From Tubulanus polymorphus (taxonomy: Eukaryota > Animalia > Nemertea): a DNA stretch of 64,000 nt. Both the position numbers and the translations under genes were made by a program. The notes beneath the pieces were generated by a model. The model was not told the origin of the DNA. It did no database searches and saw only the letters and a program-made list of their open reading frames with translations. Positions 52,903-64,000 of this stretch are shown piece after piece. Location: the NCBI RefSeq assembly GCF_964204645.1, contig NC_134025.1:11780001-11844000 (forward strand), given 5' to 3'. Positions within the stretch are counted from its first letter, which is position 1. The number at the start of each line of letters is the position of its first letter.

Positions 52903-53444
52903 TAGTTGCCTTGAATTTCACTCATCAAATCGTCGTGAAAGTATCGACACATTTTAGTTGGATACGTAAATTGTTGCAAAAATTGACTTTCATTTTGATA
53001 AGCGACATTACCAGCCATGAGAGAACGATCGTGCATTGAAATTCTAGTCTCTGATCGACGTTCATTTCAACCGATACAACCGCGTTGGTGTGTGTGTGTA
53101 TTTTATCGTGTGTTGTCTTCTACAATCGATAAATCAGGGCCCTTCCAACTTGCCCACCTTTTCAATCCTACTGTATGAGCCTTCTGCTCGGCGCACTGGA
53201 ACTCACGGTATATACCGAGCGTTGGAAGTTCATACGCAAACTGAAATGACATAGGCCATGCTGAGCACGTAGATCTCGTGTACTGCAGCGACGAAACCAC
53301 CTCACCTGAATTAGCGGACGTAGCTTTCTCGTAATAAATGTCACTATAGGTCTAGATAACTCTCGTACGACTCATCGTTAAGTATGTGTGTGTGTGTGTA
53401 ATTTCAGGGAGACGTCTATGATTTTGTGAATAAATGCGGTCAGC

Positions 53445-53611
53445 ATGATGGAACCGTCGAATCTAGATCCACGTAAAGAGCGAATGGGCGCCGTACCGGA
53501 AGGCCTACGAGATTGGGGATCGTTTCACCGCGCGCCAGCATTCGACGATACAGATTATGCAGGTAATTAAGCAACTATCCGTCAATTTTTTGTCTATCTC
53601 TTGACATTATG

Positions 53612-53687
<76 letters not shown>

Positions 53688-56600
53688 ATGACAGATGTGG
53701 TAATGACGATTAATGTAATCATTTTATCGAGTCTGCATTGGATTAATAGTTCCGCCTGATAAATGAGATTCCGGCAATTTTTATCAATACGTAGTTTGAA
53801 AATTTCCAAGAATCTACCAGTGATATTTATATTCCTGTGAAATGTACGTCGAGACTAGTATTTCTAGAATGTTGTCGCGTTGGACTGTTTGCCGAATGTC
53901 TGTGTCTGACTTAGAACCCGGATAACTGGTCTTTTTTTCAGTCCCATATTTTTGTAGTGAATAGCAAAATAGATTTTGCCCTTTGAAAAGGTAGGTTCGT
54001 GAATCACAAACATGCGTACATGTATATCAATATAACCCGTGACCTTTCAATGTCAAATCGGGAAAAAAATCTTGAGTGATGAAATTGCTAGAATTTGAAT
54101 GTCCAGAAAATTCGTTTCTCAATTGCAAATCTTTAACTGCTGTTTTACTGAATTCTAGGTGGGCCACGACCTGGAAATGGAATATTCCCTTCATCAGCGT
54201 CGGCTTTCATATTGTTTTTAAGACAATCAAGATTGATCCGTCTTAATCTTAAGAGTTCCTGTGATGATTGAGCTGCTGTTTCATACTTCATATTCCTTAT
54301 TTTTCACGTATCTATCTATTTATCCTGTGTAGATGATAATTAACTATTGTTACGATAATAATCGAACTATTGTTACGATAATGATGAGGATATATTTGAA
54401 ATTTGGTGCAATATTTTTTCAATGAATCACGTGTGAGATAAAAAGAAACAACAAATATTATAGTTAATGTGATCCTGTAATAGTGAAGAGAGTGAAAATT
54501 GCATGGAATTGCATCATTGGTTCAAACAGTTTATTCTTTTCGTTGACTCGATACACAAAAGATTTAATGTCTCACCGATTTCTTTGTCTAATCATTAATC
54601 ACTTTACAAGACTTCAAGATATTTCGTGCTATATTCATGATCGATGGGGCCATTTCTTCGAAGAAATAGCAATATTTTGTTAATCGTATCGATCATTGTT
54701 TTGAAGATCTCTCCGTCCGGTCTACAGACGGTGTGCTCTAGTAAAACTGGTTTTCCGCGTGGCGAACGTTATTCGCTAGTAAATCAATGAAAGAAGCCGG
54801 TAGTACCGAAGAAAGGCCTTATCAGGTGTCCGTGATTTTCCGGGATGAATTGATGAAGTGAATAGCCTTGTAGCAGAGCAATTAATTCTTGCCAATGTCA
54901 ACTGTTTTTTTATTGCTGACAGAGTAAAATATTACATCCTGACTACCAGTGGGTAAATCAAGATACTGTTGACGTGAATGGCAATACTTTTTGCCGGGTG
55001 GTGTCGTAAAAAGCTCATCAAGTAGCTTTCTCCTTGGTTGTACCATTGTAACAAATACCTCAACAGAATATAGGTTTCCGACACTCCAAATGGTCATGTA
55101 GTTAGTAGAGAACAATTGTAGGCCCGCCTGATTCTCCAATCTCAAGTACAACCCATGAATTGCACGTAATCAACCCCAAGGATTTTTCACCTTTTCTTTA
55201 AGACAAATCATGAAAGTTCTGTAGGGATGATGAAGTAGCTAAATTGCTTTTGGTTAAAGATCCATATAGCTATCGTGTAAAGACCATTTTCCCTAAAGAT
55301 AAGAAAATTAGATTTCGATAGACCACTTATAGAATATTTATTGGCTGCGCTGATATTGACAGTTTCTCATTTCTACTTTCGTAGGACATAGGTCCGACCA
55401 GGCTATTTATATCGGACTGCATCTACCGAAGTCAAAGCGTCGCCATCACCACCATCGACGTCGGTCATCGAAAACACCATCTGTAATCGATGAAGAATGT
55501 CCTAGTAAACCACCAGGTACGTACACTACACGCAAACTGCGAGCATTAGTCAACCATTGCGGGTACTCGGAACAAAGTCTTTTAGTAACTGTGACTAGAA
55601 GCCTCTCTCGCGGAGCGCCAGAAGATGAAGAACATTGTAATAAAGAGTGCTTCATGGTTAAAGATATAACACCAATTTTGTAATAAGATTCTTGGCTCTT
55701 TAACGCTAGTATCATCTCGGTTTTTATGACAGTTAATTCTTTGGAGTGTCTTACGAGATAACAATTTCTAGAGAAAACAACCGCGAATTGTCTCTATCGG
55801 CCTACTCGACTTAGAAAGAGACATATACTTAGAAAAGGACATATCTATGTAAAGTGTATTTGGAGAATGTCTGACATTTGACAATATGTTGATTTGTGGC
55901 TGTCTGGTTTTCTCTTTGAACTGGAAAACCTGCACCAGTGCCTCGATCTCTTGTATTTGGGAGAAATGTTTCACATGCCCACGTATAGAAAGAATATATA
56001 TCGAAATCATCGGCTTAAGTCTCACATATACACCAACAATTATGAGTATGAGACTCTCTAAGGATTTCCTAGCTATATATTAACTATCTATTTAATACAG
56101 ACTATGTCAGTTCATAGTAGACTCTGGAATTGTATATCTCGGAAAATTTTAACCTCTTTTGGGAACTCTTATTCAAATTCCCCCTTCCCCCAATATCTTT
56201 CCCCCACTTCTTATGCTGATTTGGCCTTAAAATATCGATTCCTTTTTAGCAGATATTTTCAAGACTGCAGAAGGTAACTAACTCAAACGTATCAATATTT
56301 TGTCACCTGTATATTTGGATTTTTAGTTTCAAATGCAATAAATGTTTCAAAATTGGCCTGAAAATTGTTATCCCTTTGTCTGGGTATTCCCCCATAGTCA
56401 AACCATTGCCTCCAATTGTTTGTCATTTTTTGCTCACATCAGTTTGCAACATTCACATCAATGACAAAAGTTCCTAAATTGTTTCATAATACTGTTTATA
56501 TGCGATGTTTATCACTATTGATCGGTGGTAGATGATTACAGTGAATCCTTCTCTGGTTAATCTGTTGTCTGCTTCCTGTGTTCTCTCTGATTATGCGAGT

Positions 56601-59600
56601 GAAGTGAGTTGTGAAGACTCTTGTAGGCTTTCCCTCTCATATAGTTCCCTCTAGTAATTTAACCCTGGCTTAACACGTAAACAGATTAGGTGTATACTGT
56701 ATATATTTGAAATCAGATATATATACGAATAATTGTTCACAATTTCTGTTGTGGAGCTGTTTCGATAATAAATAGTCACGAACTAAGATTGTTGCAACAC
56801 GAAAAAAAAATGGAACTGTTCGCTTTTCTTGTGTCCGACTTAGTTAAAACCTTTTTCAAAATGTTCCTTTGTGCGTATAGCTATTGTCCGAAGGATAGGA
56901 ATGATTAGTTAGTACCGCATGGAAAAACATGAAAAGTTGGCTCGTTGTTGTCTTTCAAATCATGTCATGTCTCTTAGAGTTCTCAAATATCTTTGATGGA
57001 CATTCGTCAATGATAAAGTCCGACTATGGGTGATCGTCGGGGGCATCTGATTTCTTTCAGCTACGATAGAAATTTCATGTCCAAATATATAGAAAAATAC
57101 CACACTGATTTAACGGAAGAAATAGGGTGAAAAGTTTCTTTTCAGCTATTAATTTATTTAATCCAACGTTGCGACTATATCCTAATGGTCATCATCAGGA
57201 ATGTGTGTTATAGCAGTGTGGGATTTTCTGTATATTGTTACAACACTGAATAGTGTTTCACCAAGGTTTTCAGGTCCAAATAGTTACCTCGCATACATTT
57301 TGGACTGATCAGTTTTATTTTCCGGATATGGTAGCAATGGATGATATCAACCATGTTGAGTAGCTATTGGAGTTGAGTCAGTGATGACTTGCCGCGATAT
57401 GTGATCATCGTCAACCAGCTCGGTCAAACTCAACTGGGATGGCAATTAATACTGCCAGAGAAGTCGCATGATTATACATTATATTGTGATTATGTGACAA
57501 ATCGATGATGGCAAGCGTTACTTTAACTGTTGGGCTATCGGCCTACGTGAGCCATGGTTTGGGTTTCCCTTAGGCCAATCTATCGATGCTCAGTATCCAG
57601 ATCGTGGCATTTGGAGCTATCCACACACACACTCTTATCTAGTGGGTTGCTCGATTCAGGTGGAATCAGCTAAGAATATCCATCATACCCAAACTTGATC
57701 TCTGAATATATGAACTAAAACTCGCCAATTTATAGTTGCTTCAAGATTTCAGTTTCATATTTGTATTTGTATAGCTACCCCTCCGGAACAACGGGTTCGG
57801 TTTATTCTTGGCCAAGAAGCAGAAGATGAAGATGAAAAGGAGGCGCACGAGGCGCATGATATTTTCTGTGAAATGAGTGAGCTGTTCGACGATGGTGAAG
57901 AGGACAGTGAATGGAAGGAAACTGCCAGGTATGTTAGAGACTATCAGCCTCCTTCGAAGGGATTCATTAACTCCATGGACCCACTACTATACAGTACCCT
58001 CAATTATCCACCTTCTGAGTAACGGCTACGTATATGCCATTGTATGGATTTCCCCAATGCTTTGTTTGCTAACTGACATTTTCTGTTTGCAATCTGCCGC
58101 AAGTTTCTTCGTTCAAGTGTCCTTCAATGTCCTTAATTTAGTCTTAATTATTAGCTAAGGAAAATTTCTGAGAAAGTTTTCTCTATTTGTCGAGCTCTAT
58201 TTCAAGATTGATTTTCTTGATGAACGTTATAGTACTTCAGTAGAGACTGATGAAATGAACTCCAACTTCTACCGTGCAAACTCAAACGAAGAAAGAACAA
58301 ATTTTAGTGCTTTAGAGTTGAATGATGTATTTTAAACCTGAATTGAACTTTCAGTGGCACAATAGGGCTGTTTAGCTCTCTGGCGAAATGACACTTGTCC
58401 CAAAGTTGGCAGATAATCAACAGTTCACTGTTGTTCTAGATGAAGTTTTTGTCTATAGATGTTCAGTTAGAATGAGCACATTTCAGATTTGATTACTTCA
58501 AATTTCAACTAGCAACTTGGAATCAAAACTGTGAAACTTGTTCTCGCCGACCAGTAGAAATTAGACCGGTTGCATGGCTATCTGAAGTATTGCCATTTCC
58601 AAACATCACACAGTGTTCTTTGTATACTAGGAGTTCATTTTCGTAATGAATTATTCATTCAATAGACAATTTATTGTGATTGTCTCAATAAATTTTTCAA
58701 TCGTCAAATGTTTTACTTTCAACGTGAAGATGCTCCAATAGCTATACGGTAGTACAGTCTTGATGCCATCCGGTTTCAATCCCTGTCAGGGAATGACTTC
58801 ACACTGGCGCTAATGAGCCTTTTATTGAATTTTTAGGCTAACGCCTAATTTCAATACTTGATAATCGATTTTCTATGGTTTGATCGATGCTCCCATAAAC
58901 ATTTAGCAACATTCGTCAATGATTATCCCTAGGTATGGTTCGAATTTGTTATCAGGGGCAGACCCAAGGGGCTTTAAGGGCTACTTTACGGAGAATTGAG
59001 ATTAGGGAAAGTGATTTAAAGGCAGCAATTGGGGGAGTATGTGGTCAAAGGGGCTTTGGGCACTCAAAACGTTTAAAAAGATAGGTACTTGTTTCCTCAG
59101 GAAAAATGATGAGATGATGTATTTAAGGTAGGGGGCACATGAGGGTATTTTTTCGCCCAATTGCCGCAAATTCAGAAATCGCCTGAAAATTTTTGCCCTG
59201 TGCCCGTTCACGGCAATGAGGAGGATTTCATTGGCCGACTCAATCGCCCAGCTATTCGTCCGTATTGAACATGTTTGATATTTTCGATCGGTTATTTACG
59301 CCAAGCGATCGATTTTTATCAACCAATAAGATGCATCGCTGATATCATGTGATTTGTTAAGTCTCTCCCAATATGCGGCATTGACGGAACTTCGATTTGA
59401 TTGCTTCATATCGTCACATGAAAAAATACGCCTGTCTGTCCCTAGCTTAAGGTGTATTGGCTCACAATAAGATACTAACATCATGTTGATAACACAATGA
59501 ATCAGTCGCTTGCCTGTTCAGACTGGTTGTAAGATTGTTTGAATGAGCCAGCACTGAATATCCAAATTATGTACTTCGATTTTAATAAAAAAATTCTGTT

Positions 59601-61354
59601 AACTCGACCGCCGATCACACAACTATATTTGTACTTCGATTTCCGATTTCAAAATCAAACCCCATGTTTCGCTCCAGGTAGGTGTGGTGGGTTTGTAAGG
59701 CAATCAATCAAAAAAAATATCAAACGAAATTTACCAACCAAATGAATAACAGGGTCAATCCCTATTTTGAGATGCAAAAAAATAACACTATGAAGGTACC
59801 TTTCTGCCATAATTTGACTTACATCATCTGATTCAAACGTACGTTCATTCTATTTCAGGTGGGTGAAATTCGAAGAAGACGTCGAGGAAGGCGGCGAACG
59901 ATGGTCGAAACCTCACGTCGCGACGTTATCGCTTTACTCGTTGTTCGAACTCAGAAAATGTCTGCTGAACGGAACGGTTTTACTCGATACCGAGGCGTAT
60001 ACGCTGTCGCAAGTAGCAGGTTCGTGTCGCTAATACGTAGTAATATCGCTTCATTTCCCCGCAACAGAGTGTATATCGTTTGCTTTATAGTTATGGTAAA
60101 TATCGCGAGCTCCCCGGTAAACGCTTTTCCATTCACGCCCTCATCCACATTGCTAACGTGCTCGATAAAGAATGGAACATTTATCGCTATTCCATTATTT
60201 GCCGTAGTCGAAATTTTAGTTTATTCAACAGGAGAAGGTGTAAAATCACAGTAGATTGATTTGATACAAAATAAAAATGTATATAATCGCAGTCGATTGA
60301 TTTTTGTATTGATATGCATACAACTATCTCATTGTTCTCGAATCAAGTTTATGACGTTTGATATGGCAAAACCGCTTGTGCTTTGCTATAAAGTTTAGTA
60401 AAATTCCAATCTAAATGAATAAAGTGAAGTACTGTACTTGAACTAGAAAATAATGTATTTTGTGATCAGTGTGACGAGGCAACTGTATCAGGCATACCAA
60501 GAGTCTATGAAAGTCATAAATCGGTCAGTGATGAAGTCGGTCGCAAGTTATCAATTATTGACAATTTTCAATGAAAAAATTAAGACCACTACTATGAGTT
60601 GACTAAGACCTCGTATCACCTACTTAATCGCCGAATCTCATAATTCCCAAATTTCTTAAAACTTTGATTTCAAATTTGCAATTCCACATTAGCTTATCCC
60701 AAAAATTCCATTTTTTTCGCAGGCGTCAAATAATTTATTGAAATTAATTTTCTTGTTTATTGCTAATATTCTTCAGTCCAAGTTCTTAGATGGTTAAGAT
60801 CATATAATCAAGTTCCACAATGAAATAAGAGTCAGAAATTTGCTAATATTTTCATTTCATTAGCCACAACGATTCAGCCTTTGTCAGGTGGTTAAGATCA
60901 GTTATGGTATTAATGTCAGTTCCATTGTCTTCAAGCTGATTGCATGAAGTCATATTTGGTTTTCAATCATGCGCCCAAATCATGGCATTTGGAGCCATGC
61001 GGCTTGATATGTCCATTATCATCATGGAAACTTAGTTCCTAGGTAGAAAGACTATTGCGCAACATTTTCAGGACGCTCTAGTCGTGCGGCCAAACGGTGT
61101 CTCGTTTTCACTCTTTTAAGTTTTCGCTCGACCTTTTTCAGACCTGATTCTGGATCACATGATTGCGAATAAACAGCTGGAAGAGCAACACCGCGAGAGC
61201 GTGCGCGACGCGTTGCTGCGACGCCATCGACATTTACACGACAAAAAACACCGCAAAGAAGGCGACATGAGCCATCGTGGTTCGATGCTGCCGTTGATCC
61301 GTTCACTGGCCGACATCGGCAAAAAACGCTCCGAACCGAGCAACATGAACAGCG
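53445..61354 (+). CDS. SLC4A10: SLC4 Na+-coupled bicarbonate transporter (SLC4A7/8/10, NDAE1-like); N-terminal five coding exons, gene continues beyond window
   Basis: Frame-consistent GT-AG exons 53445-53562, 55385-55516, 57775-57928, 59859-60019, 61142-61354 encode [97 protein letters not shown] (Band 3 cytoplasmic domain). Symbol denotes the nearest vertebrate family; one-to-one orthology not shown. Confidence 0.93.
53615..53685. repeat. (AT)n microsatellite
   Basis: Pure dinucleotide run. Confidence 0.99.
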
Positions 61355-61403
61355 GTAAGTGACTACGCCCGCGCTGTAGCTATACTAACCTTATTTATGT
61401 TAA

Positions 61404-61421
61404 TATATATATATATATATA

Positions 61422-61472
<51 letters not shown>
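61404..61472. repeat. (AT)n/(ATATGT)n compound microsatellite
   Basis: Direct reading. Confidence 0.95.
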
Positions 61473-61473
<1 letters not shown>

Positions 61474-62260
61474 CTATATACAATAGAGATGTAGACAATG
61501 TGACCTTTGTAAATGTTAGAGGAAAAAAGCTGTTTTCAAAATTTTGAAATCGTCAACTTATGAGCAAATTTGGAAACAAGCTTGAAAATTTTAGATACCT
61601 GTCTCAATGTCTAGAGAGGAACTTTTGATATAACGTAGTGATTTTGAGGTTTTCTTATGAAGCTCTTTGAACGGACTTGAACGTATTAAATTTCCAATCA
61701 TAGTTGATGGATCACGTATGATGCAAAGTTCTTGTGGATCTATGTAGTTTAATTATCACGATGTGTTGACTGTCAGTAATAGTAATAGAACTCATTATTC
61801 GTGCAAACCACTGCAAATTTCCAAGTAATGAAGTGTGTACAGCTTGAATTTTGTTAATTAAGAACCTTGTGTATTTATTCACTATTATTTATTATTATAC
61901 ATAGGCCTATCATAAACATAATCATCATTAACATTTGTATCACGATGAAACAGTTTGCATTGACTAGGCCTACAGCGCCTGCTGGAAAGGATATAAGAAC
62001 AGAGCCCGTATTTTAACGCGTGTTATACAAGCTTAAGAGCTTTTTAGCTGATCATCCTTTTATTTCGGACAATTACTACATCATTTACATCATTTCACTT
62101 TTTTATGGTGTCTGTCTCTATTGTGTATATGATTTATCATCTTCACTCCTCGACTCGACTATCAGTTGTCTTCTAAACAGGGTTTCCGATATTATTTTGG
62201 CGATTATTCCTAAATAAGCAGTTTCGTCGTTTTATTTGCACTTCATTTGCAAGTATTGGA

Positions 62261-62601
62261 CATCCTCCCCAGGCAGGGATTTGAATCTAATGGCATCGCT
62301 AAACTCAGCCACGGCACAAACCCCTGCCACATTGGACTGGGTGCACAGGTACATGCGAAAGCTTTGCCACACGAAAACTTGCGGCACCAATCAGATTGCT
62401 GGTATAACTGCTGAGGAAAATTTCATGGAAATAATATCAATGGGAAAAAACCTGGGCTTAAATAAAACAGGATTTCTGATTGGCTAATAATGACATGATC
62501 TAAACTGCGTGTTTATCTGCGCACTCGGTCTAGTGTGGCAGGGTTTCGTACCCTAGCAATCTCGATGCCATCAGGTTTCGAATCCCTGCCCAGGGATGAT
62601 G
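62261..62601. repeat. Inverted pair of about 95-bp SINE-like repeats
   Basis: 62261-62357 is the reverse complement of 62506-62601 (GTGTGGCAGGG..GATGCCATCAGGTTTCGAATCCCTGCC); partial third copy near 58760-58795. Confidence 0.75.
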
Positions 62602-64000
62602 GTATTGAATGAATGTCTCTTTTCTGTTTGGTTTTGATGTTCATCGAAGAAATCGTATCCATTTATCAATTTTTGTTAATTCGTTTGGTGAAACCCTGTT
62701 CACTATTATTAATTTCATCATCGTACTCGACACTGGTATTATTGTTCTATTTTTATTTTCGGTACATCATGTGGCGTCCGCATCATGATCAGCGTCATCA
62801 TTACCATTATTATTTGTTGTGTATTTTGAAATATTCCAGGCCCTTTGAGTAATTATTGGTTAAGAAGAGGTACGTTGCTTCCGTTCAGTGTCGAAACTAT
62901 TTTCAAAAAAAAAAAAACAGAAATGAAAAATTCTCCGCGTTACGAACGAACAGGACATTATTTCATTTTGGCCGGCTTCAATTTTCTTTTGGCAATGATA
63001 CTTATATATTGAACGCAATAGCATGTGTGACATGTGAACACTTCTGATGACAGATCTTTGGAAATGGCCAGGTTAAATTCTTCCTGCTGGTTAAAGTTAC
63101 ACCGATTTAACGATTTCGTTCTTAGCTAACCGACAGAGATCTCGGCTAGTGCTAGCTTGAAGATTTGTCGAATGATGGGAAAAATGTGTTTTCCTCGGCA
63201 TTTGATAATTCGACGGCTATTTACTAGTGTAAATACAGCATTCTAAGAGAATGCGGCTATTCGTTTGAAAACGTGCCATAACCCCTCACTAGTAGATCTC
63301 GTACGTTAGCGTGGAACTATGAATTTCATTTCTTTAAAAGTAAAAAAGTTAGCTATGAAGTGCTGGTGGAATTTCGGTATTGGTTTTTTTATTCTTAACC
63401 GAGAACCCAATTTCGCTTTTTAGTTCATTTTCGATGATTCTTTGCAACTGCACGAAACTCGCAGGAAGAAGCACGCCTATCATGAAAGAAATATGCTGCT
63501 TTCATCGCTCACCAATTTTATTATTCCTCGGATGATTTTGAGGGTGTTGTCGATTTTTGTTGTTGAAAACCACGACAGCGCTTACGTATCATACTGATTT
63601 CACAGTAAACGGCGTCGAAATACTTTTGATTTTTCTTTCGAATATATGAAAATTTTCGTTAGTCATAACAATCTGCTTCTAGCATATAATCATAACGTCA
63701 CCATCGCTTATTTCATATATACTGAGATATCTATATTTCTCCACAGCAGTCGAAATGATTGTTTCTTTGTGCTGGCGGATAGTTGTGGAAAGCTGGTTAA
63801 GATTTGACTATAGAATTAAAACATAGAGCTAATCCAACTATAGAGTTAAATTTAACCGTGAATTGTGGAACTGAGCCCTGGACCTAGTTCATAGTTCGGA
63901 GTTAAGATATGACTCGTAGTTAACTCATTGAATATGAATTAATCTTAAGTCGGAGTTAGCTTTTAAGTAACAACTGTTGAACTGGATCCTCGTTATTGAA

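Noticed and set aside
57165-57200. Penelope-type hammerhead ribozyme on the - strand (CTGATGA-stem-GCAAC)
   Set aside because: Catalytic GAAA is mutated to GCAA and flanking stems could not be identified; at most a decayed remnant
59859-60254. 131-aa ORF from the ORF track
   Set aside because: Wrong frame; the real exon (59859-60019) encodes SLC4 [18 protein letters not shown]

Overview
AT-rich metazoan (invertebrate, probably spiralian; inferred) genomic DNA with spliceosomal introns. (1) Positions ~1-15.4 kb are a scrambled mosaic of Ty3/Gypsy LTR-retroelement pieces, all recognisable ones on the + strand: protease/RT, gag with a CCHC knuckle, four LTRs with two tRNA-Ala-type PBSs, several F-type (errantivirus-like) env fragments and integrase C-terminal remnants. 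These are interleaved with five arrays of a palindromic 31-bp repeat, two decayed accessory genes of unknown family, and one intact ORF carrying two CtBP-type PxDLS motifs. (2) An intronless rhodopsin-class peptide-receptor-like GPCR (17667-18839). (3) A complete 22-exon trifunctional C1-THF synthase gene, MTHFD1 (24227-37479, 933 aa by my exon reconstruction). (4) The 5' part of an SLC4 Na+-coupled bicarbonate transporter gene (coding exons 53445-61354, continuing past the window). Introns and intergenic DNA carry many MITEs, Helentron-type elements, SINEs and microsatellites. All calls come from reading and motif recognition; no searches were run.
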